This document shows, piece by piece, positions 50,690 to 61,900 of a stretch of 64,000 nt of DNA. Position 1 is the first letter of the stretch. Every line of letters begins with the position of its first letter. A program made the translations under genes and the position numbers. The DNA is from Halocafeteria seosinensis. Taxonomy: Eukaryota. The DNA lies in contig LVLI01000173.1 of the NCBI GenBank assembly GCA_001687465.1, positions 1 to 64,000 on the forward strand. Direction: 5' to 3'. The notes beneath the pieces are model-generated. The model was not told the origin of the DNA, ran no database searches, and saw only the letters and a program-made list of their open reading frames with translations.

Positions 50690-52860
50690 CCAGAGGGCGA
50701 CAAGCTCGGGCCGAGCCTTGGAACTTGGGTGGGCGGTGCTTGGTTGGGTCCCCATCCCAAACTTTGGGTCAAACTGACTCAAAACTAGCAAAATTCAAAT
50801 GAGCCTTCTAAATATTCAACAACAAGGCTACTAGCTTACTAGTTCCGGATGTACTTTAGTCCGGACGGTCCTGTCAGAAACACATTGTGCGCCACTGTCC
50901 CACCCCAGCTGAGGGCCACCTTCCCCATCCCAAGGATTCCCACCGGCTTAGCGCCGGGATCTTCGGGTTTGGAGTCCGGATTCTTCATCCTCTCGGCAAA
51001 TAATCCCCTAGACTCTGATGCAGCCGATAACATCGCTCTCTCTCTCTATCATCCGACCTTCCTTAGGGACCTTCTTTCATCGAACGATACTCCCGATGGA
51101 TGGGTGGGTGGGTTCGTCGTACCGCGTTCAGTTCTTGCAGCCAAAGTCCATCAGGTACTTCCACTTGAACTGCTTCGGCATCCTCTGGTATCCGCTTCGG
51201 TACCACATTCCAGGAGTATATTTACTCCAACATTTTCCTAGCCGACCAAATGTCGCTTCAAAAGTCCGATATCTGGATGGTTGTACTGTAAAAAGCCCAA
51301 TGTGTAGGAAGCGGAGTTAAGGAAATGATGATGATACAAGGTTCGACCAGTATACAATGTAATGAGATCTACGATAATGTCGATTCTGACGAAGGAGATG
51401 ATCGATTAAACCGATATTTCCTAGGCTAATCGTAGCTTGCCTGAACACGCACCCTGAATATACCGGTACACCACCACAGATTGAAGTGTAGTGGAAGGCG
51501 TAGCAGAGGGATGTACCCCCCGGTACTATTTCCGGTTCCAACCGGTTAAACCCAATAACCGGGAACCGGAAACTCGAGGTTGGCGCCATCATCCCTATTC
51601 CAGGTATATATATGTATTTCACTGAAAACCAAACGAGGGATAAACGGTTGTAACCGTCCTGTGTTGCCCATGTTGGTGTTCTTGACGGCTGTCTTGCATC
51701 GCGCTTCCCATGACCACGTGGCAACGGTACCCATTTTTGCCGCAGTGTTGGGGCACACCGTGCCGGCACACTGCACGGAATGCCGACGCGAGAACGCAGT
51801 TCTCGAAGTACCGAATGGACTTTAATGAACGCAGTACGACAAACCACCCACCCACCGGGAGTCTCGTTCAACTTCCAAAGCCAATTGAGCTGTAACGAAG
51901 ACTGGATGATGGAGCGAAATGGTAATATCAGGTGCATCAGCATCTAGGCGACAGTTTGGAACAGAGACCGACTGGTGTGGCGGGTGGTGTCTGGTGCGGG
52001 GCTAGCCGGGTGGTGTGGGCATGGGGGCTTACACCGGAGCCACACCAGGTCGCAACCTGTTTGTGAAGGTCAGAAAAATGCAATCTCAAAACAGTGAGTT
52101 GATAACGGCTGAGGATACTGCAATACTGGACGCTTGGAAAGTTTGAACGCCTTTGATAAGTCCGCTTTTTGATCACGATGGCTTTAAACGTCGCAATGGT
52201 TGACAAAAGAATGCAAGGGTGCAATGTCCTTTCGACTACCGTTATGAGGAGCTAGGTCATCTTGATGACGAACCTGTAGAAGAAGATGACGAGAATTGAC
52301 AACATTATGTCGATGTTATTGCTGTGCATTGATGTAGGCCTGCTAAAGTACCCTGGGTGAGACCTTCCCCTTCAGTCTCCCCCCGGAAAAAATTACAAAA
52401 AAGGTATAATTTAGAACAAACATTCCTTCGACATCCGCCACACCAGCCGGGTGGTGCGGCCCCCCTACACACCACCCACTTGTCGGTCTCTGGTGCAGCC
52501 GATAACATTTCTCTCTAACATCCGATCTTCGTTATAGCTTAACGACGGTCCTGTCAGGCATATACTGGGGGCACTGTTTCACTTCCCACTCCCATCGGGG
52601 CGCAAGGATCTCCGGGCTTGGAGCCCGGATGCTTATGCTTCCAAACCAGAGACCGACAAGTGGGTGGTGAGTAGGGGGGCCGCACCAAAGCACCAAGATC
52701 TTGAAGTCTTACATTACATCTTACTGGCCTCGCCAAAACGAGACCCCTTACGGTCGGTCTGTGGATGATTTGTAGGCTCCTATGCCTGAAAAGTCTGAAT
52801 CTAACCACGGGACTAGTTTGTCTACCTCGAACTTTCATGACCACTTCGATGTGAAGCGGT
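50690..52860. mobile_element. Cluster of scrambled repeat fragments, probably from the N-terminal RT region of the CRE-like element
   Basis: Duplicated blocks 50865-51060 and 52490-52635 (order swapped) and an inverted pair 51100-51185 / 51775-51853. Peptides SKPEDPGAKPVGI, GSKPGDP and RLAPHQ resemble pre-RT motifs. Confidence 0.55.
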
Positions 52861-53225
52861 GGGGTTACTTAAAGCGGGCCCGGTTTCGAAGAATGGAGGC
52901 AACAATCAGAGCATTTGCCGTTGCTTAGCGGGGATCCCAATCCCTGCTTGTTCTGCTGGACCGGAAAGAATATTCAGCGTCGGAGGTTAGACGCAGAGTT
53001 CTCGACGACGGCGGATGCATGCCACTCAACCATGTCCTTGTGCTCCGACACTCCCGGCTCGGATGACTTGACTGTAGTAAAAGGCTTCCGGAATTGCTTC
53101 AAAAACAGGGTCAATTATTTTTGTTGTGTGTTCAATTAGACGTCGCAGGATGTAACAATGATGCGGATGAGAATCCCAACGAGAAAGCTGACCCAGATTT
53201 TGCCTGTGGGTACAGAGGAACAGAT

Positions 53226-53552
53226 TTAGCTCGACTGAGGGCCAGATCCAACAAGAACTTCGACATATTCCCACATTGTATCAATGAAACATGCTTTACC
53301 ATTACCATATAAGTATTTTTCGGTCTCAATAAGTTTTAGAAGAGAATTTGGGAACGTGGGGGAGGCACACGCACAAACATGGGGCACGGACCCCGTGTGA
53401 CGTGAAAAGTGGCCGGGGAGCGTTCGTGGTCCACTGGCGTGCCCAACACTGTTTTTCCGGTTCAACTCCCGGCCCCACAGCACGGATTGCCTGCCGCGAA
53501 CAGGGCCGGCTCGGATAGCGGAGAATCCGCGGCGGAGCGAAGCGGAGAACAT
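53226..53552 (-). CDS. Possible 5' part of a small mitochondrially targeted protein
   Basis: MFSASLRRGFSAIRAGPVRGR is presequence-like; exon structure unresolved. Confidence 0.3.
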   Translation of the reverse strand: MFSASLRRGFSAIRAGPVRGRQSVLWGRELNRKNSVGHASGPRTLPGHFSRHTGSVPHVCACASPTFPNSLLKLIETEKYLYGNGKACFIDTMWEYVEVLVGSGPQSS

Positions 53553-53751
53553 TTGGCATGGCAGGTGAATGGTCTGATTTGCAGACTTTAATGAGACAAG
53601 TTCGTAGAACGCATATATCCTACGCGGTGCGTGTGCTTGGGGTTCTGGGAGCTTACGAAAGTTTCACAGAGAAGGCCTTAATATTTCGACGCGTAGGTAC
53701 TGCCCTGCATTACCACTGTAGTTCCAGTAGCATCCCTTCTGGCGCTTGTTT

Positions 53752-54011
53752 GTCAGCCGCTTTGGCTTTTGTTCCCACCACTATTGCTGCAACTCTCTGC
53801 TTGCAAATGTTCGGTCTTTGAAACTGCTTGTTTGATCGTAGAACTCTGAACTCTATTCTTCTGACTCCCAGTATCTTTGAATTCGGTCAGCCGCTTTGGC
53901 TTTTGTCCCCACCACTATTGCTGCAACTATCTGCTTGCAAATGTTGGGTCTTTGAAACTGCTTGTTTGGTCGTAGAACTCTGAACTCTATTCTTCGGACT
54001 TCCCAGTATCT
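53752..54011. repeat. Tandem duplication with a 134-bp period
   Basis: GTCAGCCGCTTTGGCTTTTGT...CCCAGTATCTT starts at 53752 and at 53886, with few differences. Confidence 0.95.
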
Positions 54012-54518
54012 TCGAGTTGGGTAAGATCCTGCGTGTTGAAAATTAAATTCCGATGAATGGATGTCTTTCCAGCGAGCTTTCGACAATCTGGCGGCGTCAT
54101 CAGCTTGCTGTGTTCTTGAACGCGTGCATATTTCACGAGTCGGATAATCCAAGACGTCTGTAGCTCTCAATAGCTGGAGTAATTGGATCATGCCTTACAA
54201 GGCCAAAGTCCGGCTTATTGATGATGGAGACGCCAGCAAACATGGTGTTTTACCAGACCTAAATGTAGGGCGCGTGGTACGGGTTTTTGAGCGTCCCAGT
54301 CCCACGCTCGTCCCAGATGAGCCGTCCCAAATCCCACATCTATTGGGACAATTATACATAAGAAAATTATTTGTGTGTTGAGTACGTCTATTTTGGAGTA
54401 TCTAACGACGTTTATATGGGTTTACAATTCCTCGAACCTTTCGTCATTCTCCCGCCATCAGGCTGAATGGAACCAAATTAACGGGCACTCTCAGCACTTC
54501 TTGTGTATTTATTTTCTT

Positions 54519-55300
54519 TTAGAGGGACCACGAATACCCACCTACTCCACCACTAGCTACCGGCAACACAAGTTGCAACCACCGATAAGCCAAGTTGCTG
54601 TCAGTATGCATCAAGCCACAACTCAACCTTTCCTGAAGATCCCAAACATATCCCACCGGATCAAAAACCCGGAGACAAGCCGGACGGTTCCTCAAGTCGG
54701 AGAGGAAACCTAGTCCTTTCCGTCCTATGCCCCCAAGAGTCTGAAAAACCACCGGCAAAAACCTCTTGTGAGCCTCCTGGCAAACTCCATCGTACTTTCT
54801 GCATTTCATCCTTTCCCTTACTGCCGTCGCCGCAGTCGAAGATAAGTTTTGTTGAGCTCCATCCGCTGACGGACTGGTGAGGGAAACATCCAATACAAGA
54901 GGACCCTGTGGTTGCACAACTTCTATATCTCCTGTCATGCTACTGCCCTGCTTAACCAGAGGCTCCTTTTTCACCACGAGACCTCAAGACGAGAGAGCCC
55001 CTATAATGACATCCCTGAGCTGATTATGCCGATCCGTTCTTTGGTTGACCATATCCCCGTAGGAACATACGAAGGCATGTTGAGTAAGATCCGCGACGAA
55101 TTCATCACACAATGGGCATATCTCCGGAATTTCTACCCTAGCTAACGGGAGTCCCAAACGCAGCCTCGCAGCAATTCTCCATTGAAGATCAGAAAACTGC
55201 TTTGGCGAAGAGTTTGGCAACTCCCGCAGCCAATCTTGAGCTCGCGTTTCCTGAGCCGCCTTCCATCTGGCCTTTCCACACTTCATCGACATGGAAAGAC
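54519..55300 (-). mobile_element. CRE-like non-LTR retrotransposon 3' end: CCHC knuckle plus RLE
   Basis: WRIAARLRLGLP, CPLC...HAFVC, RHNQLRD, GDIEV...LDVS, RERMKCRKY, FLPVVFQTLGGIG; one in-frame TGA at 54984-54986; A-rich sequence after the stop. Confidence 0.9.
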
Positions 55301-55763
55301 ATTTAGCAGGTCCGCAAAACTGTCCATCCGGTGTCCCTTATCCGATTGAGCACTCTCCGGGAATATGTGGTTTTCCCCGTTAACGATTTGGTGGTGGACT
55401 GCGGATGTTATTCGACGCACGTGAACTTTCAAAAAAAGTTAAATGAATGTGGGTAGTAGTGTGATCATACAAACTTGAAAGCGGAGTTAGCCATTGTGTC
55501 ACGCCAGTAAGTGATGGGCCGCAATTCACTCGAGGAATCAAGATATTTTCCTGCATGTGTACAAGTCAAGTTGGTTTGAATACGCGCCCAATGAACTCCA
55601 GTGAGCTTCACGTATGGTTTTGGTGGGTATAGTGAATATGCCGAGTATTGCGCATTTTCGACGCTTTTGTCCCCAAAGCAGACTGTAGCGACGTCCGCGG
55701 GACACGTCTTCGGGTACTACCAATACACATCCGCGGGGCTTGGCGGGTCGTCGGATCCGATGC

Positions 55764-56816
55764 CTAATAACTATTGTGGTCCGTCTGCTTCCTTGGTTGA
55801 ACAGGCTGCCTCAATCCCTTTAATGCCAGCAGCTGATAATAGATCCGGTACTCTGCGTCCAATAGCGATCGCAAATTGTTCCATGCACTGGTAGAGAGTA
55901 CTGATGACGCGGTTCTTTTCGAGTTGACGTGGCTTCGAGTGCTAATACTCCTATTAAAGAGGCGAAGTCCGTCATCTCTTAATCTCTCCATTCTCAATAA
56001 ACCAACTCTTGCGGGGTGCTCAAAAATATATTTAAGTAGGTGTCCCAGGTACCATTCGTAGTTCTCCCCAATGTGATGGATACATTTCTCCAAGAAGAGT
56101 CTTCTAAGTACATGAGCTTTTGTGTGATTCAGCAGTTCCCCTACCTCATTTATATCTCCAAACTTGGTGAGACATGCCCGCTCTCGGCATGAGCTGCACT
56201 TTTCCTTACTCTTTTCGCTGTGAGAAAGAAGCAATTTCCTCCATTTCCAGGCAGAAATTGTCCGTTCAATAGGATCTCTCAAGGTAATGTACAAATGATC
56301 TTGTTCTGCAGGGCGAAAGCGCTTCCCATTGTTGACATGAACTTCGAAGTGAAATATTCCTGTCTTGCGCCATGTCCCACCACCACATTTGCCAACGTGA
56401 ATTAAAACCCGTCTTCTGGTACCCAAAGGCAACGTCCTGTTCATCATGACCGCTTTTCCTTTCGGAAGGTGTTCATCTGCAGCCAACGTGTAGTCTGAGG
56501 TAGAAGTAATGCGCTTGCGGAGCGCGGCAACTCGGGAAGATACCTGTCGATTGCGTGCAACAATATCTGGTAGGGTGGTATGCAAGGCCGCGGAACTATT
56601 AACCCCCATAGAATGGGCTTCACCTGGTCTCTGGGAAATCGTTCGTGTCGTTTCAGCACCTTTCTTGATGACGTGTCGGCGCAAAAATTCATACTGTTTG
56701 CAAATAGGATAATTTTGATTGCATTGTTCGACCACGGTCGGTGGGTAGAGAATCAAAGCCCCTAGTGCAATCGAGATAGTTACGTGTATGACACCGAGCC
56801 AAAACCTGCCTCTCAT
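55764..56816 (-). CDS. Golgi-type sulfotransferase
   Basis: N-terminal TM segment; 5'-PSB IHVGKCGGGT; 3'-PB LRDPIERTISAW. Confidence 0.85.
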   Translation of the reverse strand: MRGRFWLGVIHVTISIALGALILYPPTVVEQCNQNYPICKQYEFLRRHVIKKGAETTRTISQRPGEAHSMGVNSSAALHTTLPDIVARNRQVSSRVAALRKRITSTSDYTLAADEHLPKGKAVMMNRTLPLGTRRRVLIHVGKCGGGTWRKTGIFHFEVHVNNGKRFRPAEQDHLYITLRDPIERTISAWKWRKLLLSHSEKSKEKCSSCRERACLTKFGDINEVGELLNHTKAHVLRRLFLEKCIHHIGENYEWYLGHLLKYIFEHPARVGLLRMERLRDDGLRLFNRSISTRSHVNSKRTASSVLSTSAWNNLRSLLDAEYRIYYQLLALKGLRQPVQPRKQTDHNSY

Positions 56817-57055
56817 TTTTCAGCCCGTGTGAGTTACGCATCGATACAATACACATCGGACAAAGTCATCCTTAGATACACGGACTACCGGAGTAGTCGG
56901 TTATCCTCGGCTCAGGACTATCCAGTTCTGGAACATCCAGAGGTAGTGATACCAGGTACATTTCTTCGTGACACAATTATTCTACGCATGCCTTTACGTG
57001 TAAAGAATCGCGCACAAGTTTTCGAAGCCTGGGTGTGGCTCTACCACTATCTCTT

Positions 57056-58351
57056 TTACACGCAGAAGTTATTGTCCCAACACTTCAAAAATCTCAATTT
57101 GGTCAACGGAAGAAAGCACTGGTCGGTCAGCTCAACACGCTCGAACCTTGAGATACGGAGGAACTCCAATGAAGCTAAGGGTGAGACAGCTCCGCATTCA
57201 ATAACCCCACTCGGACATTCAATTAGATCTAAACTTTTAAGATTGGTGAGGTAGTGGAACATCCTTTTCGTCAGCTGCACCGGCCCCTTCTTTAAAGACA
57301 AATCCAAAGACTCCAAGTGTGATAACGTCGAGAATGCATCCTCGGGGAAGTCAGTGTAGTACCAACCACATATGTCCAATATTCGTAGGCTAGGAATATG
57401 TCGAAGAGCGTATCCAGTAGTTGTGGGGATTCGATTTAGATTGCGATAGTCGTGTCCCCCGCGGTGGTTTAGAAAGGTCAAACTAGTGAGATGACGAAAT
57501 CCCTCCCCTGAAATCTGGGAGTTACCACAGGGGGATACTATCAACGATTTCACCATAGACAAATACGCAAAACTTTTATCGGAAACAAGAGGGAAGATGC
57601 AATCGCTCAAATTCAATTGTCGAAGATTGGGTAAGTGGCGATATAACTCCTCTGTCAGTGTGGATTGTCGGCATCCCCCAATATCCAGAAATGTCAGACG
57701 TGACAAATAGGAAAACGTAGAATCATCGATGGCATCCTGGATACACCCATACATCTCCAAATGCTTCAAACGCGACAGATGTTGAAATGCTCTCCGTGTG
57801 ATCGTAGACTGATCACATCGACTAACTGCCAGATAAGTCAAGTTGGAGAGGTGCGAGAAAGCTTGATCAGTAATTGTTGATTGTCTACAAGTAAACATAT
57901 GCAGACTTTCCAAGTTGGAAAGGTGCTTGAATGCTTTGTCTGTGATAACTGTTTGTAGGTTCCGAGACATATTAAGCTGTCTGAGGTTGGAAAAGTAGCC
58001 GAAAGTCTCGTCCGTGATCGTCGACGTAGTAATAGGAAACAGTTCAGGAGAGTGCTTGTTCATATAATACGCTTCAGACTCCCATGCGCTTATATCTACA
58101 CTTCCAGAAAAGTTAGGGAAGCGTTGAAAGACGTGCTGAACGTGCCAGTGATCCCATATCCAGGCTGTGCACATTGGCCAAGGAAGACTTCGTAAGGTGA
58201 AAGGGTTCTTCATTGTTCCGGACGCAACCTCTTCCCAAAATGCGGTATACTTTCCCACACCGTTCGTATGATGATGGAAGTGTTGAGTCCGTGCACGACA
58301 TTCGGACAGACGCTGATCCCATTCCAAGTACACGTACAATAGTGATCCCAT
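57056..58351 (-). CDS. Leucine-rich repeat protein, paralog 1
   Basis: Repeats of ITDxAFxHLSNLxxLxxxxCxQ, about 25 aa each. Confidence 0.88.
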   Translation of the reverse strand: MGSLLYVYLEWDQRLSECRARTQHFHHHTNGVGKYTAFWEEVASGTMKNPFTLRSLPWPMCTAWIWDHWHVQHVFQRFPNFSGSVDISAWESEAYYMNKHSPELFPITTSTITDETFGYFSNLRQLNMSRNLQTVITDKAFKHLSNLESLHMFTCRQSTITDQAFSHLSNLTYLAVSRCDQSTITRRAFQHLSRLKHLEMYGCIQDAIDDSTFSYLSRLTFLDIGGCRQSTLTEELYRHLPNLRQLNLSDCIFPLVSDKSFAYLSMVKSLIVSPCGNSQISGEGFRHLTSLTFLNHRGGHDYRNLNRIPTTTGYALRHIPSLRILDICGWYYTDFPEDAFSTLSHLESLDLSLKKGPVQLTKRMFHYLTNLKSLDLIECPSGVIECGAVSPLASLEFLRISRFERVELTDQCFLPLTKLRFLKCWDNNFCV

Positions 58352-59341
58352 TAATACGAATCTTGTACTGTTAAAACTTATGGTTGCAAGTTTCCTTTAG
58401 TACAGGTCAACACAGGGATAGCTGTCTGTGTCGTAGTACACAGCATTATGTTGCTCGAAGTACTACTGTTTGGGAGTCACTTCACTTTCACTTTCACTTT
58501 CACTTTCGGAGCTGTCTTCTGTGTGGGCAAGCGGAGAACGAATTCAGAAAGATGAAACGAACTAAATACGGATATCTGCGTATTTTCAGGTATAAATTTT
58601 AAAGCAATACTATTCTAAAAATCTTCCTATTATATCTACATTATTGTCTTTCTTGGAGGATATGACGAGCTGGTTTCGGGGAGAGAAGCGATAAAGTCTC
58701 TGAATAGTGCGGGTAGAACTCACACTTATATGCTTCCAGATATCTTGCAAAATGTACAATGCTTCTACGAAGCCCCAGAGTGCCTGGACACAAGTGGGAG
58801 TTGCACACCCTAACCTAATGCAAACACCGGTACAGGTTTTCGTATCAGTATTGATATCTGGAGGTGCTTGATCTTTCTTCATCGTGTCATTCTTCGCCTT
58901 AGCACGGAGGTTTTGCCTATCGCTGCCAACGATGTTTGTTGTAGGGTTGTACATTAGGTCATTGTTATTGTGTGCGTGCGTTTAATTCCTTGTGTAATAT
59001 CAGCCCCTATATCGTTTATGAAGGCAGTTATCTTGTGTGTAGGGCAAGTTGGAACTTAGAGAGAATTTTCGTAAACTACTCCTCTACGGGAACATTCTAT
59101 TTTGGAATGGTGAAGGAGACATTGTTACTCAGAATTGGGGGCTCAATCATGCAGGATACAAATACAGAATGCATTATTATGAGTAAGCAGTATTGTCCAA
59201 GTGTCTTCCCATAGACAGCCAAATCTGAAACTTGGAAAGTTATCACAAAGTGTGCTGCAGTAGAGCATGCCAGAATGATGATTCCAACCCTTGGTAGCCT
59301 CTAGCTCGAAAAGTCCTGTTGCGTAAATTTCATTGCTTATC

Positions 59342-60673
59342 TCATTTTATAAATAGATACTCAATATTGGGAAGAAGGCAATTAACGCTTTTCGTAATTG
59401 TACAGAATGCGTTACCGCAACAGTACAATATCCTTAAGTTGGTTAAATGACGAAAGCACTCGTTGGTCAGCTCTACACGCGCGAATGTCGAGATGCGTAG
59501 AAACGTCAGTGATATCAAGGGAGAGATAGCTCCGCATTCAATACTCCCGCCCCAAAAATCAGTTAGAACTAAACTTGTTAGATTGGTGAGGGATTGGAAC
59601 ATCCGTTTCGTCAGCCGCACCGGCCCCATCGTTGACGACCAATCCAAAGACTCTAACTGTAATAACGTCGAAAGAGTATCCTCAGGGAAGTTCAGGTAGT
59701 GCCACCTACTTGTTTCTAATATTCGTACCCTAGGGAGATGTTGAAGAGCGTACCCAGTAGTAGCGGGTTGGTTTGGATGGAGACTCGCGCGAAGGTCTAG
59801 AAAGGTCAAACCAGTGAGATGACGAAACCCTTCATCTGAAATGTGGGAATTGCCACAGGTGAACACTTTCAATGATTCCACCCTAGAAAAATGAGCAAAG
59901 CTTTTATCCGAAACAAGGGGGGAACCGCAGCCAGACAAGTCTACTTTTCGAAGATTGGATAAAATTCGGAAGACTTCCTCCGTCAGCGTGGATTGTCCAC
60001 AAAAACTGATATTCAGGAACGTCAGTCCCGACAATTGGGAAAAAGCTTCAGTACCGATAGTGTCTTGGATACACTCATACATCTCCAAATGCTTCAAACG
60101 CGACAGATGTTGAAATGCTCTCGATGTGATCGTAGACTGATCACATCGACTAACTGCCAGATAAGTCAAGTTGGAGAGGTGCGAGAAAGCTTGATCAGTA
60201 ATTGTTGATTGTCTACAAGTAAACATACGCAGACTTTCCAAGTTGGAAAGGTGCTTGAATGCTTTGTCTGTGATAACTGTTTGTAGGTTCCGAGACATAT
60301 TTAGCTGTCTGAGGTTGGAAAAGTAGCCGAAAGTCTCGTCCGTGATCGTCGACGTAGTAATAGAAAACAGTTTAGGAGAGTACTTGCTCCTCTTATAGTT
60401 CTCGGACTTGAATGCGCTCATATCTAAACCCCCGGAAAAGTTAGGGTAGCTTTGAAAGAGGTATTTCACCTCATTGGGCACACGTACACGAGCTGTACAC
60501 ATTCGCCAAGGACGATTTCGTAAGGTGAAAGGGTTCTTCATTGCTCCGGATGCAACCTCTTCCCAAAATCTGATATACTCTTCCAGATCGCTTCTATGCT
60601 GATAGCCGTGTTCAGTCCGGGAACGACACGCTGACTCACGCCATTCCAAGTACACATAGAGTAGTGATTCCAT
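59342..60673 (-). CDS. Leucine-rich repeat protein, paralog 2
   Basis: Same repeat; MESLLYVYLEW start is homologous to MGSLLYVYLEW of paralog 1. Confidence 0.88.
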   Translation of the reverse strand: MESLLYVYLEWRESACRSRTEHGYQHRSDLEEYIRFWEEVASGAMKNPFTLRNRPWRMCTARVRVPNEVKYLFQSYPNFSGGLDMSAFKSENYKRSKYSPKLFSITTSTITDETFGYFSNLRQLNMSRNLQTVITDKAFKHLSNLESLRMFTCRQSTITDQAFSHLSNLTYLAVSRCDQSTITSRAFQHLSRLKHLEMYECIQDTIGTEAFSQLSGLTFLNISFCGQSTLTEEVFRILSNLRKVDLSGCGSPLVSDKSFAHFSRVESLKVFTCGNSHISDEGFRHLTGLTFLDLRASLHPNQPATTGYALQHLPRVRILETSRWHYLNFPEDTLSTLLQLESLDWSSTMGPVRLTKRMFQSLTNLTSLVLTDFWGGSIECGAISPLISLTFLRISTFARVELTNECFRHLTNLRILYCCGNAFCTITKSVNCLLPNIEYLFIK

Positions 60674-60953
60674 AAATACAAACTTTGGTAGCTGATGTGT
60701 ATGGCTGCAACTTCCCTTGTACGGATCAACACGAAGATGTCTGTCTGTAGTGCGTTTCTCGTTGGGAGTCACTTCACGTTCACTTTTTCACATGAAGTTG
60801 CCCTCGGAGAACAAAGTCAGAAAAGATGAGCCGAACAAAATATGGATATCTGCGAACGCTTTTCTTTCAGCGAAGGATGTGACGACTTGGGGTGTTGCGT
60901 GGATCCATTCTACGTTATGCTCCATGATGAGGAGGAGTGGATCGTACTCGGCA

Positions 60954-61900
60954 TCGAAAATGCATCCTTGGGGAAGCCAGAATAGTACCACCCACATATG
61001 TCCAATATTCGCAGACTAGAGAGATGATGAAAAGCGTATCCAGTAGTTGTAGGGAGTCGCTTGAAATAGTCGCGTCCCCCGCGATGGTTTAGAAAGGTCA
61101 AACTGGTGAGATGACGGAACTCTTCATCTGAAGTGTGGGAGTTGCCGCTACCCTAGACAAATACGCAAAACTGTTATCAGAAACAAGAGGAAAGATGCTA
61201 CCCGGCACCACTCCAGTATCCTCACGTTAAGGTGTACCGGAGTAATAGAACCTGGTTATCCTCGGCGGAAGCGCAATCCCCTTCAGAGACTTGATCGCTT
61301 CTCTCCCCAAAGCCAACCCGTCACTTCCTTAGTTTCGTCGGAAACCTGAACCGGTAGTTGCACTCGGTTGGGGTGTGCAACTTCCACTTGTCTCCAGACA
61401 CCCTGGGCTTCGTGGAAGCGCCGTGCATTTCATGCAAGATATCTGGAAGGGATGAGTCAACCATCATTCTTCGATGCTCGTTCGAAGCATTTGTCTTCAA
61501 TGGAACCAGCGTACCTATGCGAGTATTGCAATGCATGTTTCGTGATCGCACTGTCCGGTTCCTGTGTGTGTGTGTGCGTTATCACGCTTGGAGTCTTTGA
61601 ATTGGTCGTTAACGAAGGGGCCAATGCAGCTGACGAAAAGGATGTTCCAATCACTCACCAATCTGACAACTTTAGATCTAATTGATTATCGGGTGGGTTT
61701 ATTGAGTGCGGAGCTATCTCTCCCTGGACATCACTGAAGTTTCTACGCATATCGAAATTCGCCCGCGTTGAGCTGTCCAACGAGTGCTTTCGCCTGTTAA
61801 CCAACTTTAGACTATTGCGATGTTGCGACAACGAATTCTGTACAATTACAAAAAGCGTGAATTACCTTCTTCCCAATATTGAGTCTCTAATTGTAAAGTG
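60954..61900. pseudogene. Third LRR paralog split into oppositely oriented pieces (60954-61200 minus, 61577-61900 plus)
   Basis: The minus piece ends ...FPKDAFS; the plus piece starts LSRLESLNW...TITKSVNYLLPNIE and has a frameshift. Confidence 0.85.
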
